The notes below the pieces were generated by a model. That model was not told where the DNA came from, did not search any database, and saw only the letters and a list, made by a program, of their open reading frames with translations. Positions 19,854 to 30,242 of a DNA stretch of 64,000 nucleotides are shown here, in pieces. A program made the translations under genes and the position numbers. The DNA is from a bacterium (lineage in GTDB: Bacteria; Patescibacteriota; Minisyncoccia; Phycocordibacterales; CAIZLB01), in contig JBAXXP010000001.1 in NCBI GenBank assembly GCA_037127815.1, positions 232,174 through 296,173 of the forward strand. The letters are read 5' to 3'. Within the stretch, counting starts at the first letter, position 1. Each line of letters starts with the position of its first letter.

Positions 19854-19871
19854 TTGACTGTATACAGTCAA
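19854..19871. promoter_or_regulatory. Perfect 18-bp palindrome TTGACTGTATACAGTCAA about 140 bp upstream of 20012 gene
   Basis: Direct reading; adjacent inverted repeat TGTGAACCC (19876-19884) / GGGTTCACA (19939-19947). Confidence 0.5.
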
Positions 19872-20011
19872 CAAATGTGAACCCATAAAGGCGCTTAATT
19901 TAATAGCAATAAGAAGCTGTAAAATTAAGTTTCTCTACGGGTTCACATAGTTAGTATTAAAAACCCGAGGATATTCTATTCCACACATTAATAATTTTAA
20001 AAGTTAAGTGG

Positions 20012-21892
20012 ATGAAAATATCTTTAATAAATTTTATAAAAATTCATATGAAAAGATTCTCAACAATATTAATGTTGGCTCTTGCATTTGCTTTTGCTAT
20101 TACAGCATCAGCTGCATCAGACACATTTACAAAGACTCTTAAGAAGGGTTCATCAGGTGCTGAGGTAGTTGCACTTCAAACTCTTCTAGAATCAAAGTCT
20201 CTACTTACAATGCCTGCAGGTGTTGCTAAGGGATACTTTGGTGCATTAACAGTGTCAGCTGTAAAGGCATACCAAGCTTCAAAGGGTATTGCTACAGTTG
20301 GACAAGTTGGTCCAGCTACTCGTTTGGCATTGAATGCTGAAGGAGCAGTTGTTTCAACAGGAGCAACAGCAACAGGAACAACAGCAACAGCTGCTACAAC
20401 TGGAATCACAACTCCTGGAGTTGAAGGAATCCTTTCTGTAACTTCTGGACCTATTACAACATCAGTTGCAAACATCGGACAGAAGATGGTTCCTATATTA
20501 GCAGTTAGAGCTCAAGCTCAAAACTCTGATATAGCAATCCAAAGAATTACTCTTAATCTAGGAACTGATACAAAGGTATACAATAAGGTATACTCAGCTC
20601 TATATGTTATGAATGGTTCAACTGTACTTGCTACTATCCCATTGAATTCAACAACAGTTGTACAAAATGGTTCAAGTTATGTTGTTAACGCAACAGGCTT
20701 CAATGTAATTGTTGCAAAGAACACTTACAAAGATATAACAATTGCAGCAGACCTTTATGGTGCAACTTCTCTAACATTGCCAACAACACAAACAATCTCA
20801 GTTGGTCTTAATGGAGTTCGTGGAGTTGATGGTGCTGGAATCGTACAATACGGTCCTGACAACAGTATAAACGGATCAATCACAATTAATTCAAGTTTGA
20901 CTGATAACGCACAAGCAAATGTTTCTACAGATCCATCATCCGCACAAACAAACCTAGTTCCAGTTACTGACACAACAAATGGTCAATACCTAGGACTTCC
21001 AGTTCTTACTTTTGCAGTTAATGCTCAAAATGACACATTGCATATTCGTAATCTAAAGGTAAACTTTGCAGTTGCTACATCTTCAGTTACACCTGCAACA
21101 GCTAGAGCAAGTGTTGCTTACCTATACCAAGGAGCAACAATGGTTCAATCAGCTTCAATCGTTTATACAAGTGGTACATCAGCATCTGCTACATTCAGTA
21201 ACATAATTAATGGAACAGCTGGAGCTTCAATCCCATTGAATACAACAGTTCCTTATACAGTTAAGGTTGATGTTTCAGGGGTTACAGCTGGTACACTTGC
21301 TGTCACAGCTACTCTTGATACTTCATCAGCTACAACATTCTTGAATTCTCAAGATGGTTCAGTTGCTGATAGTACACAAGGTGTAAATGCTAGAGTATTC
21401 GGTAGTGCAATTAGCTTTACACAAACTGTAGCCGGAAACGGACCTGCATTTGCATTAGCTTCAGCTCCTACATTGACAAAGGTTAATACAACAGCCGGAG
21501 GAGCAACAACAACACAAATGACATATACAGCACAATACTTGTTGAATGTTACTGCTGTTGGAACAGACCTACATATCGGTCTTGCAGCTTCAGGAACAGC
21601 TGCTGCATTTGGAACAGCTTCTACATCAGTTAGAACTTACGTTGGAGGTATTGCAACAACTACAGACTACAGTCTAGCAGTTAACTACAGTAAGCCAACA
21701 GGTACAACTGATGAAACTAATGGATTCATAATCGCAAGAGGACAAACAATACAAGTTCCAGTTACTTACACATTTGTTGTAACTAACCCAGGATCAAGTA
21801 CATTCTCTCTAGGATTATCAGGAATCAAGGTTAATGGAACAGTTCAAAACTTCATGGATGGCCTAACAAACTGGAGAACAAACGTTATTTAA
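20012..21892 (+). CDS. Secreted cell-surface protein with N-terminal peptidoglycan-binding (PG_binding_1-like) domain and Thr/Ser/Ala/Gly-rich repetitive body; signal peptide may start at internal Met (20048)
   Basis: MKRFSTILMLALAFAFAITASAAS signal; GSSGAEVVALQTLL...GYFGALTVSAVKAYQASKGI...VGPATRLAL PGB motif. Confidence 0.6.
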   Translation: MKISLINFIKIHMKRFSTILMLALAFAFAITASAASDTFTKTLKKGSSGAEVVALQTLLESKSLLTMPAGVAKGYFGALTVSAVKAYQASKGIATVGQVGPATRLALNAEGAVVSTGATATGTTATAATTGITTPGVEGILSVTSGPITTSVANIGQKMVPILAVRAQAQNSDIAIQRITLNLGTDTKVYNKVYSALYVMNGSTVLATIPLNSTTVVQNGSSYVVNATGFNVIVAKNTYKDITIAADLYGATSLTLPTTQTISVGLNGVRGVDGAGIVQYGPDNSINGSITINSSLTDNAQANVSTDPSSAQTNLVPVTDTTNGQYLGLPVLTFAVNAQNDTLHIRNLKVNFAVATSSVTPATARASVAYLYQGATMVQSASIVYTSGTSASATFSNIINGTAGASIPLNTTVPYTVKVDVSGVTAGTLAVTATLDTSSATTFLNSQDGSVADSTQGVNARVFGSAISFTQTVAGNGPAFALASAPTLTKVNTTAGGATTTQMTYTAQYLLNVTAVGTDLHIGLAASGTAAAFGTASTSVRTYVGGIATTTDYSLAVNYSKPTGTTDETNGFIIARGQTIQVPVTYTFVVTNPGSSTFSLGLSGIKVNGTVQNFMDGLTNWRTNVI

Positions 21893-21946
21893 TCAAGCCT
21901 AGGTTTGGTTGGAGATACGCTTAGTTAATCTAAGTTAGTAACAAAA

Positions 21947-21977
21947 AACACCCCGAAAGGGGTGTTTTTTGTTTTGT
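21947..21977 (+). terminator. Rho-independent terminator
   Basis: AACACCCCGAAAGGGGTGTT hairpin followed by TTTTTTGTTTTG. Confidence 0.75.
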
Positions 21978-22530
21978 TCGGTTTTTTAAAATTTTTATTA
22001 GTTTTATGAGTATGTAATTAATACGACATAGGTATTTTAGTTTGATTCACCTCAACCATTAGAAACTATGAAATAGCTGCTATTTTCACTAGTGATATTG
22101 TTAAGGTTCTACATGGTAGGTCTTGAAAGATTTTCTGAATCGGTACTGGAATACCTAAAGCCTATAGCAATTTGGTCTGATATTGCCTGGTATAATATAG
22201 GTAATTTTTTGCTTGGATGCCTTCCAGCTTTTACAATTGTTTATATTCTAGGGTACGCTGTTGTTACTTGCATAATGCTTTCAAATATTGATTTTAAAGC
22301 CTGAATGAAGATGGCAAAAATGCTAATGATTCTAGTTGACATCAAATATGAATTTTGATTAGAATATTGCTAGCCAAAACCAGCAGTATTTTTATGCTAT
22401 AATTTAAATAATGTTTGATAAAACTTCTTTTCAATTAATAGTCGGATTTCTTTCAATACTTTTAGTTGGTTTTATTGTGTTTATTTCTTCGGCAAATCTT
22501 TAGAATTTCTTTATAGAAAACTCATGTCTC

Positions 22531-25500
22531 TTGTTCATACTAGGGGGTATGAATAAAAAATATAGTGTTATGGTTAAATTAGTTTTTCTAATTTTATTGT
22601 GTTTAGTAATTATCAGAATTGTCATGGGCGGAAATAGGGTAGAGGCCTCGGCTGAGGTGGAAGTATTAGCTTTAAAGCCTGTTAAAATAATTGATGGAGC
22701 AGTGCCAATAACTGGTAATGAGTTTTGGTCAGCGGATTATGATTATAAAATTTCATCTCAACTTACAATCACATCAAGTTCATCACTTAGTATAGAAAAT
22801 GGGGCTAGAATATTAATAATTGATAATGGAGGTTTTGTTATAAACAATGGTGCGGTTTTGAATATTGGTTCATCTGTCAGTGACTTTATCCTTCCTCAAC
22901 CGCAGTCATCATCTCAAGCAAGACCTATAGATTTTCTTGCAGGGGTAAATAATTCTTCAGGAGGAACAATACTTCTTGCTCTTGCTGACGGAGTTTTTGC
23001 CTCATCTGTATATAAATCCTCAAATATATTAAATACTAAAATAGAAATATCTGGTTCAGGCTATAATCATGTTTTTGCATTAAATGGTGGAGCTATCTTG
23101 AATGCTAGAAAAGTAGATATTAGTGGTGTGCAAAACACTGGTGCTCAAAATGGTGTTTATAATGACATTAAAAGAACTATTTTTGGCTCATATACGGGTT
23201 CTAAGCTTAATTTATTTGAGGTAAATGTTAATAATATTAGAGCCTTTAATTATGGTGTTTTTTATGCAGGTGGGGGAAGTAGAACAGTAATATATAAATC
23301 AAACATTAATGGCTTTGTAGGGCAGACTTTTGCTGGCTTATACAACGGAGTAACAATGAATGTTTTTGATACAAAGATAAACAATTCAGTGGTAGACAAA
23401 GTATTTAATGTTTCATCGTTGAGTACATTAAATTTTCAAAAGTCTGCGGTCTCAGCAACTCAAATAAATATATTATCATCGAGCTCTGGAACATGTATTA
23501 CAGGCTTTGGAGGTACTACTGTAAATGTGTCAGACTCAGATATCGGACCATGCTTTATGGGTTTTAGTTTCTATGGAACGGGTAACTTTAAAGTAAATAA
23601 AAATAATCTTACCGGTAATGGAGATGCAGTAATAAATTTTAGTACAGGCGTTGATGTTAGTAATAATTGGTGGGGAAGTGCTACAGGTCCAAAGCCCGCT
23701 GATTTATCAAGCTTGGATCCTAATGGATACTCCACAGCAGATTACATAAGGGTAATCGCAAATCAAAATGCAATACATGATTTCAAAGGTACTGTAACGT
23801 CAACACCTTTTGCTTCCGCGCCATTCAGAGATTCTTTATGTTGTTCAAGCGTTCTCTTTATCCCCGGAATTCAAGCCAGTAGATTATATAAAAAAGGATT
23901 ACTGGGAATGGAAAATCAATTATGGGAACCAAATAGAAATAAGGACGTTGAATCTCTGTTTTTAAACTCCGTTGGAAAGTCTGTTAATTCCAATATTTAT
24001 ACAATGGATATAATTACAAAGACAAACTTTCTTGGACCTTTGGGGTCTTTAGATATATATCAAAGTGTGATTGATGTGCTATCTAAAGAAAAAACTGATG
24101 GAAATATATCTGATTTTCAAACACTTGCATATGATTGGAGGTTCCTACCTTCAAATATTCTCTCTGGTGGAATTAAAACGGATTCATATACTCTAATGTT
24201 GAAAGATAAGATTAAGGAAATGGCAAAAAAGTCTACATCAGGGAAGATAATAATTGTTGCCCATAGCTATGGCGGGCTTTTGGCAAAGGCTTTAGTTGAG
24301 GAATTAGAAAAGGAAGGATTAGACGATAAAATTGAGTCTGTGGTATTGGTTGCTGTGCCTGAATATGGTACCCCTCAATCAATACCTGCAATATTTTATG
24401 GCGACAATGAAGACCTCTTGGGTGGGCTTATACTAAGTAAATCAACTGCGGTGTCACTTGCTAAGAACATGCCCTCAGCACACCTTCTATTGCCATCCCC
24501 GGCCTATTTTACTCATGCAGACGGTATATATGATCAACAAAATATAATTAATTTAGATACCTGGACAGCCAATCATTTTAAACTTGGATTAACAAAATAC
24601 GACTCATTTCCTAGGGTGGCAGATTTTCTTAAAAATATGAAAATTGCATCTACTGATGGCATGAATGCTGCTATTTTTGATACGGCAGGGTCGGAACATG
24701 ATTTAATTGATAATTATTCCTCAGGCTTGTCTTCAAAGACTTATTCTATTGTTGGTGTTGGAATTCCAACTCTCTCCGGAATGACCTATGTTAAACCAAA
24801 GTGTAGAGGTTTTTTCTTTTGTGCACCAATCGGAAATAACCTTCCTGATTTTACAAGAAAATATTCTCTAATGGGTGATGGTGTTGTGATTGCACATAAT
24901 TTTGCATCAAGAACGGGATCTGTTTTTGCGGTGGATATTGGCAAAGAAAATGAAGTCAAAAAAACTGCTCCACTATTTTTTAGGGAGGATGCGATATCTC
25001 ATAAGGATATTTTTAGGTCATCAGGTGTTAAGGATATTCTGCATGCTATTTTAAGTAGATCAAAAAAGGAATCTGAGATGGTGAATTCTTTTGGGCAATT
25101 GCAAAATCCGTACGTATCGTATGTTTCTGGGTTATTATCTAAGCCAGGTCCGATACTTGGAAGTTATGGTAATTCATCTATACTTTCTGGAATTTCAAAA
25201 ATCGCAGAAGATGCAACTGACGCTGATTTCACTCAAAGATTTAAGAACAGCAAGATTTTGATTGTAGAAGCATATGGTCCGCTGGTTCTGAAAACTAATT
25301 TTAAAAATATTAGCGATTTGCAAAGTTTACCATTTGAACAACTAGGTCTACAGAATAGAATTATAAATTCAACAAAATATTCTGATAACAATAAGACTGG
25401 GCTTGTATCGGTTGTTTCCTGTGTCTATTCTAATTGTGAAGGTACTGCGGATAGTTTCTTTAAAGCAAATGTTTATGGACAGGGAGGGGGAGTGGGAACT

Positions 25501-26139
25501 GCACAAATCGTTCTTAAGATTGATAATAAGGAAATTATATATCCAAATATTTCTGTGACGCCATCAACGGGCGTTAAAATTGATTATTCTACAACAACAA
25601 TTTCTATAGATAATAACGCTGATGGAACAGCCGATAAAACAATTGTTCCAATTCAAATAAACATAGGTACATCTACGGATTCAGATACTGCCACAAGCTC
25701 AAAGACTGTGGAGGACCTTTTTGCGGAGGCTAGAGCAAAACTGCTTTCGTTCGGATTAGACACAGGTCCAGGTGCGAGCTCAAGTTCAAGTACAGTCTCA
25801 ATTAGTATAGGAACCACTTCTACGTATCTAATCTCCAAATACATAGATAAATTAGATGTTGCTGAAAGAAAATACCAGAAGGCGGGAATTTTGCAGTCTC
25901 TAAACATCCTTAAACCTTTCTATAATAACTTGGAATTAAATATGGGTGTGATTTCAAATTATATTAATACATACAATAAAGAACAGGGTTTTTATTCTCT
26001 TAATAATTTCTCTACTGGTAACAAAAGGATTGTGTTTTTGACTCAAAGGCAAAAGCAAATGAGAGAAGAGATTCTTGCATACACAGAAATATATTCAGTG
26101 TTCACAGAGTTAATTCAAGGGTTGGGGGAGGGGTTATAG
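22531..26139 (+). CDS. Large secreted protein: N-terminal parallel beta-helix-like repeats plus central alpha/beta-hydrolase (lipase/esterase-like, GxSxG) domain
   Basis: Signal-like N-terminus; N/G/S-rich repeats ending NNWWGSATGPKP; IIVAHSYGGLLAKAL nucleophile elbow. Confidence 0.55.
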   Translation: MFILGGMNKKYSVMVKLVFLILLCLVIIRIVMGGNRVEASAEVEVLALKPVKIIDGAVPITGNEFWSADYDYKISSQLTITSSSSLSIENGARILIIDNGGFVINNGAVLNIGSSVSDFILPQPQSSSQARPIDFLAGVNNSSGGTILLALADGVFASSVYKSSNILNTKIEISGSGYNHVFALNGGAILNARKVDISGVQNTGAQNGVYNDIKRTIFGSYTGSKLNLFEVNVNNIRAFNYGVFYAGGGSRTVIYKSNINGFVGQTFAGLYNGVTMNVFDTKINNSVVDKVFNVSSLSTLNFQKSAVSATQINILSSSSGTCITGFGGTTVNVSDSDIGPCFMGFSFYGTGNFKVNKNNLTGNGDAVINFSTGVDVSNNWWGSATGPKPADLSSLDPNGYSTADYIRVIANQNAIHDFKGTVTSTPFASAPFRDSLCCSSVLFIPGIQASRLYKKGLLGMENQLWEPNRNKDVESLFLNSVGKSVNSNIYTMDIITKTNFLGPLGSLDIYQSVIDVLSKEKTDGNISDFQTLAYDWRFLPSNILSGGIKTDSYTLMLKDKIKEMAKKSTSGKIIIVAHSYGGLLAKALVEELEKEGLDDKIESVVLVAVPEYGTPQSIPAIFYGDNEDLLGGLILSKSTAVSLAKNMPSAHLLLPSPAYFTHADGIYDQQNIINLDTWTANHFKLGLTKYDSFPRVADFLKNMKIASTDGMNAAIFDTAGSEHDLIDNYSSGLSSKTYSIVGVGIPTLSGMTYVKPKCRGFFFCAPIGNNLPDFTRKYSLMGDGVVIAHNFASRTGSVFAVDIGKENEVKKTAPLFFREDAISHKDIFRSSGVKDILHAILSRSKKESEMVNSFGQLQNPYVSYVSGLLSKPGPILGSYGNSSILSGISKIAEDATDADFTQRFKNSKILIVEAYGPLVLKTNFKNISDLQSLPFEQLGLQNRIINSTKYSDNNKTGLVSVVSCVYSNCEGTADSFFKANVYGQGGGVGTAQIVLKIDNKEIIYPNISVTPSTGVKIDYSTTTISIDNNADGTADKTIVPIQINIGTSTDSDTATSSKTVEDLFAEARAKLLSFGLDTGPGASSSSSTVSISIGTTSTYLISKYIDKLDVAERKYQKAGILQSLNILKPFYNNLELNMGVISNYINTYNKEQGFYSLNNFSTGNKRIVFLTQRQKQMREEILAYTEIYSVFTELIQGLGEGL

Positions 26140-26211
26140 AAATGAAGTGCTGGTCAACCTAAATAAATAAACTTAATCCCGAACAAACTAACTATAACAA
26201 ATAAAATAAGT

Positions 26212-26850
26212 ATGATAACCTACGCTTATATAGATGCTTCAAACCTATTTTACGGTGGTAAAAAAACTTTAGGATGGAGTATTGATTATGAAAAATTAAT
26301 AAAATATTTAAAATTTAGATTTGACGCATCTAATGTGTATTATTTTGGTGGAATAGAAATTAGTGGTTATAAATTTGATTACATGATTAATGATACAGTA
26401 GATTTGAATGCTCTGAAATTACATCTATTGGAACGTATTGATAGTTACAAGAAAGACACACTAGACAAAGTCGTTGTAGGCCTTAATCATCATCTAAAAC
26501 AAGTCCGTTTTTATCAAAAATTAGAGAAATTTGGATATCAGCTTTTTCTAAAGCCTGTAAAGATATATACGGATGATGCCGGCAATAAAAAACGGAAAGC
26601 AAATTGCGACGTTGAAATGACATTTTATCTAATGCATCACAAAAGCGAATTTGAAAGAATTGTTATTTTGTCGGGTGATGGAGACTTTTTGTCTGTATTA
26701 AAGTATTTGAGAAATATTGAAAATAAAGAAATTTTCATACTCGCTAGCGGGTCAAGAACATCAATGGAAATCAGGAGGTTTGTTGGAAATAAGTTCACAG
26801 ACATACTTAATTTAAAAGATTGTATAGAAATATCAGAAGAACATATCTAA
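26212..26850 (+). CDS. NYN-domain (LabA-like) predicted ribonuclease
   Basis: YAYIDASNLFYG ... RIVILSGDGDFLSVLKYLRNIENKEIFILAS matches NYN conserved Asp residues. Confidence 0.6.
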   Translation: MITYAYIDASNLFYGGKKTLGWSIDYEKLIKYLKFRFDASNVYYFGGIEISGYKFDYMINDTVDLNALKLHLLERIDSYKKDTLDKVVVGLNHHLKQVRFYQKLEKFGYQLFLKPVKIYTDDAGNKKRKANCDVEMTFYLMHHKSEFERIVILSGDGDFLSVLKYLRNIENKEIFILASGSRTSMEIRRFVGNKFTDILNLKDCIEISEEHI

Positions 26851-27292
26851 TAATTTAAGAGAGGCACCCCTTTTTAGGATACCTCTCGCGTGTGTTGTGA
26901 TAAATTATACCAGAATCGACACCTGCGTCAACTTGATTTTTGGAGCTTTGGTGTTGGAATAGAGATGTCTTTGCTTGATTTTTCACACACAGTAATGTAC
27001 TATCCACCTAAGACTTCAGATACCGTAGGTGATTTATAAGCTTATCAATATAAACTTATAAATCATAAACCCTGCGCAGAGGTTGAGAAATAAGGGTAGA
27101 TTTGCTTAATCGCAAAATTAAACCTCATTTTTCAAACACTCCTAACCCTGAAGTCCAGCGCAAAAAGCCTGTTGAAAGTACTAAATGTACAAACAATAAG
27201 CCAAAAGCACTGGATTTTTGTGTTTAGTCAAAGTCATTCGGTCGAACGGTTAAGTTTCAAATTACAAAATAAAACGCATTGCGTTCATTGAT

Positions 27293-27787
27293 ATGCCTAT
27301 ACAAAGAGCAAAAAAAGAAGAAATAGTTTCAAAGGTTAAGGATATTATCGATTCATCAAACAGTATGGTTTTTGTGAACTTTCACAAACTTCCAGTTACT
27401 CAAACAGGTGAGGTAAGACGTGAACTTCGTTCACATGAACTTGGATACTATGTAGCAAAGAAAACGCTTGTTAAAAAAGCTCTTTCAGACGCTGGTATCA
27501 AAGGGGAACTTCCTCCACTTGAAGGTGAATTAGCATTGGTATATGGTACAGATCTTTTAGCACCAGCTAGAGAAATCTTTGCTTTCCAAAAGAAAATGGA
27601 TAAGAAAATCTCAATTATGGGAGGTGTATTTGAAGGAGTATATAAGTCAAAGGAAGAAATGGAGTCAATCGCTTCAATTCCTTCAAGAGACGGACTATTG
27701 TCTATGTTCCTTAATGTCATCAACTCTCCAATTCAAGGTTTTGTTGTCGCATTAAATGCTATAGCAGATAAGATAGATTCAAAATAA
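27293..27787 (+). CDS. rplJ: 50S ribosomal protein L10
   Basis: N-terminal KKEEIVSKVKDIIDSSNSMVFVNFHKLPVTQTGEVRRELR pattern; directly followed by rplL. Confidence 0.85.
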   Translation: MPIQRAKKEEIVSKVKDIIDSSNSMVFVNFHKLPVTQTGEVRRELRSHELGYYVAKKTLVKKALSDAGIKGELPPLEGELALVYGTDLLAPAREIFAFQKKMDKKISIMGGVFEGVYKSKEEMESIASIPSRDGLLSMFLNVINSPIQGFVVALNAIADKIDSK

Positions 27788-27826
27788 GTTAGAAAAGTTA
27801 AAATTAAAAATAATTAATATAAATAT

Positions 27827-28324
27827 ATGGATGAATTAAACACAACAACTCCTGCTGACGTTACAACTGACGTTGTAGCTGACACAGCAGTAGAGACAGT
27901 AGCTGAAGTTAAGGCCGAGGCTAAGTCAGACAAAGCAGAAGTAGTAGCTGAGGTTGCTGTACCTGCACATTACAAGGCCCTTGTTGAATCAATAGAGAAA
28001 ATGACAGTTCTAGAACTGCATGACCTTGTTAAATTCCTAGAGAAGAGATTTGGAGTATCTGCAGCAGCGGTTTCTGTAGCAGGTCCTGCAGCAGGCCCAG
28101 CAGCTGAAGAGAAAACATCTTTCGATGTTAATCTTAAGGATGCCGGAGCAAACAAGATTTCTATCATTAAGGTAGTTAAGGAAGTTCTAGGTCTTGGTCT
28201 TAAAGAGGCAAAGGATCTAGTTGACGCTGCTCCTTCAACAATCAAGGCTGGAATGAAGAAGGAAGATGCTGATGCTCTTAAGAAGCAAATCGAGGATGCT
28301 GGTGGAACTGTAGAGCTTAAATAA
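27827..28324 (+). CDS. rplL: 50S ribosomal protein L7/L12 (about 40-aa acidic N-terminal extension if the annotated ATG is used)
   Basis: C-terminal domain [56 protein letters not shown]. Confidence 0.85.
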   Translation: MDELNTTTPADVTTDVVADTAVETVAEVKAEAKSDKAEVVAEVAVPAHYKALVESIEKMTVLELHDLVKFLEKRFGVSAAAVSVAGPAAGPAAEEKTSFDVNLKDAGANKISIIKVVKEVLGLGLKEAKDLVDAAPSTIKAGMKKEDADALKKQIEDAGGTVELK

Positions 28325-28433
28325 GCCTGGAGTACACAGTACGATTTACAAAGACACCCAAAGGTAACCCCCGAGGGTGTTTTTGTTTGCCTTAAAATTG
28401 CACCGTTAAATAATGTTGTTTTGAAATCAGAAG

Positions 28434-29063
28434 GTGCCAGCTAGCACTGTTGTCTTATATACTGTACTTTGCTACAGTATATACATGGATTATCTAGAAA
28501 AAATCTTCGGTGGCGCTCCAAGAGTTAAGCTTATGCGATTATTTTTGTTTAATGAGACTACTGCATTTCTTCCAACAGAAATTTTTGCAAGAACAAAAGT
28601 TGAGGCAACTCGCGCTAGAAAGGAATTAACATTTTTACTTAAGGTTGGTTTAGTTAAAAAAATAAATAGAAGTAATGGAAAGGTGGTTTGGTCTATAAAT
28701 GAAAAGTTTCCTTATCTTGTCGAGTTCCAACGACTACTCCTTCAAACAAGTTTGATTACTCCACAATCGATCCTTAAAAAATTATCTAAAATTGGTAAAT
28801 TAAAACTGGTGGTTCTCTCGGGTCTTTTTAAGGAACAAACAGATAGCAGATTAGATATTTTAATTGTCGCAGACAATGCAAAGAAAGGATCTACGGAATC
28901 TATTATGTCCAATATTGAAGCTGAGGTTGGAAAAGAAATCCGCTTTGCAGTACTTAATAGCGTTGATTTGAAATATAGATTAGGAGTAGGGGACAGATTG
29001 GTGAGAGATGTTTTGGACTACCCTCATGAAGTTGTTTTGGATAAGCTGAATCTATTTAGATAG
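28434..29063 (+). CDS. Hypothetical protein, possible N-terminal wHTH plus minimal nucleotidyltransferase-like motif (start may be Met at 28485)
   Basis: KLVVLSGLFKEQTDSRLDILIVAD resembles the pol-beta-type NTase motif; weak. Confidence 0.35.
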   Translation: MPASTVVLYTVLCYSIYMDYLEKIFGGAPRVKLMRLFLFNETTAFLPTEIFARTKVEATRARKELTFLLKVGLVKKINRSNGKVVWSINEKFPYLVEFQRLLLQTSLITPQSILKKLSKIGKLKLVVLSGLFKEQTDSRLDILIVADNAKKGSTESIMSNIEAEVGKEIRFAVLNSVDLKYRLGVGDRLVRDVLDYPHEVVLDKLNLFR

Positions 29064-29111
29064 TTTCGTAAAAAAACCAAAGATAGAGGTGCTCAAGAAT
29101 GATATTTAAAA

Positions 29112-29137
29112 ACAGACATCCCAGTGTCTGTTTTTTG
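29112..29137 (+). terminator. Rho-independent terminator
   Basis: ACAGACA-TCCCAG-TGTCTGT stem followed by TTTTTT. Confidence 0.7.
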
Positions 29138-29287
29138 TATATATTTGCAATTTAAATTATTGTTCGTGGTATAATATTACGTAAGGGTTGTCGCCCTTTT
29201 ATTAAAATAAATATTTTTCATTATGTAATTATTTATCACATTTGATTAATAATTCGAAAGAATTTATATTTTTTACAATTTATATAT

Positions 29288-29980
29288 ATGATTCAATTAC
29301 AAACTTGGGGAAGCGCAGTAAGAGATGTTTGGGTAAATACTGCATCTAACGTTATTTATGTTCTATTGAACATCCTTGTTGCAATACTAATTTTTTCAGC
29401 TGGATGGATTGCTGCAGATTTTGTTGGAAAGATTGTAGGCAAGATTATTGGAAAGCTGAAATTGGACAGATTTTTTAAGGAAATTGGACTAGAGAAAATT
29501 CTTGAAAAAGGCAATATCAGATTAAATACAGCTGGATTTGTAGAGGGAGCAATCAAGTGGTTTGTTATAGCTCTGTTCTTTATGGCCGCATTACAAGTCC
29601 TGGGATTAGATGCTGTTGCTGGCTTTATACAAACAGTTTTGGTCGGATATCTTCCAAAGGTGTTGATAGCCGTTCTGATTATGTTGGTTTCCCTTATTTT
29701 CGGGGAGGTTATTGAGAAGCTCGTGGTAGCTGTTTCATCAGCTGGACACCTTAATTCATCAAAGGCTTTGGGTGCATTGTCTAAATGGGCAATAGTAATT
29801 TTTGCAGTCCTTGCTTCATTGGTAGAGTTGGATATTGCTCCAAGTCTAATTCAAATTCTATTTATTGGTATCGTATCAGCACTATCTCTAGCATTTGGGC
29901 TGGCCTTTGGTCTTGGGGGAAGAGATCATGCTTCAAAGACTATAGAAAGTGTATGGGAAATGGTTTCAAGGAAAAAGTAG
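29288..29980 (+). CDS. Small membrane protein with two 'conserved TM helix' (MscS-associated type) repeats
   Basis: Two hydrophobic helices each followed by GxxxxK/E-rich amphipathic segment; weak family assignment. Confidence 0.4.
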   Translation: MIQLQTWGSAVRDVWVNTASNVIYVLLNILVAILIFSAGWIAADFVGKIVGKIIGKLKLDRFFKEIGLEKILEKGNIRLNTAGFVEGAIKWFVIALFFMAALQVLGLDAVAGFIQTVLVGYLPKVLIAVLIMLVSLIFGEVIEKLVVAVSSAGHLNSSKALGALSKWAIVIFAVLASLVELDIAPSLIQILFIGIVSALSLAFGLAFGLGGRDHASKTIESVWEMVSRKK

Positions 29981-30139
29981 TCCTCAAGCTTCAGTCTGAA
30001 CAAAATGCACCCTTTAAAATGGGTGTATTTTTATGCCTATTCCACGAAAGAAGGGTATCCCCAGAAAATAAAAAAAACGACCCCCAAAATAGCTTTTTAT
30101 ATAGCCGTATAATTAATGTATCCCCCAAAAGGCTTGTAG

Positions 30140-30167
30140 TTGACAATGAAACCTCTTTGAGTATAAT
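30140..30167 (+). promoter_or_regulatory. Sigma70 consensus promoter TTGACA-16-TATAAT, putative 23S-5S rRNA promoter
   Basis: Exact consensus hexamers; shares TATAATTACGAC with the 16S promoter at 40387-40420. Confidence 0.6.
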
Positions 30168-30242
30168 TACGACACCTGAATATGTTAATCGTCTTAAGAG
30201 CGCAAATCGTAATGATGCCTACAAAATAGGCTTATTATGAAA

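Noticed and set aside
22092-22304. 70-aa hydrophobic ORF upstream of the giant secreted protein
   Set aside because: No recognisable features beyond hydrophobicity. It is kept only as a mention in a finding, not annotated.
29785-30240. 151-aa ORF overlapping the end of 29288..29980 and running through the rRNA promoter
   Set aside because: It is in a different frame overlapping a better-supported gene, and it contains the consensus TTGACA-16-TATAAT rRNA promoter, so it is unlikely to be coding. I first took the 30168-30280 segment for a small ncRNA (promoter plus terminator hairpin). I reinterpreted it as the 23S leader because the same promoter/discriminator precedes the 16S.
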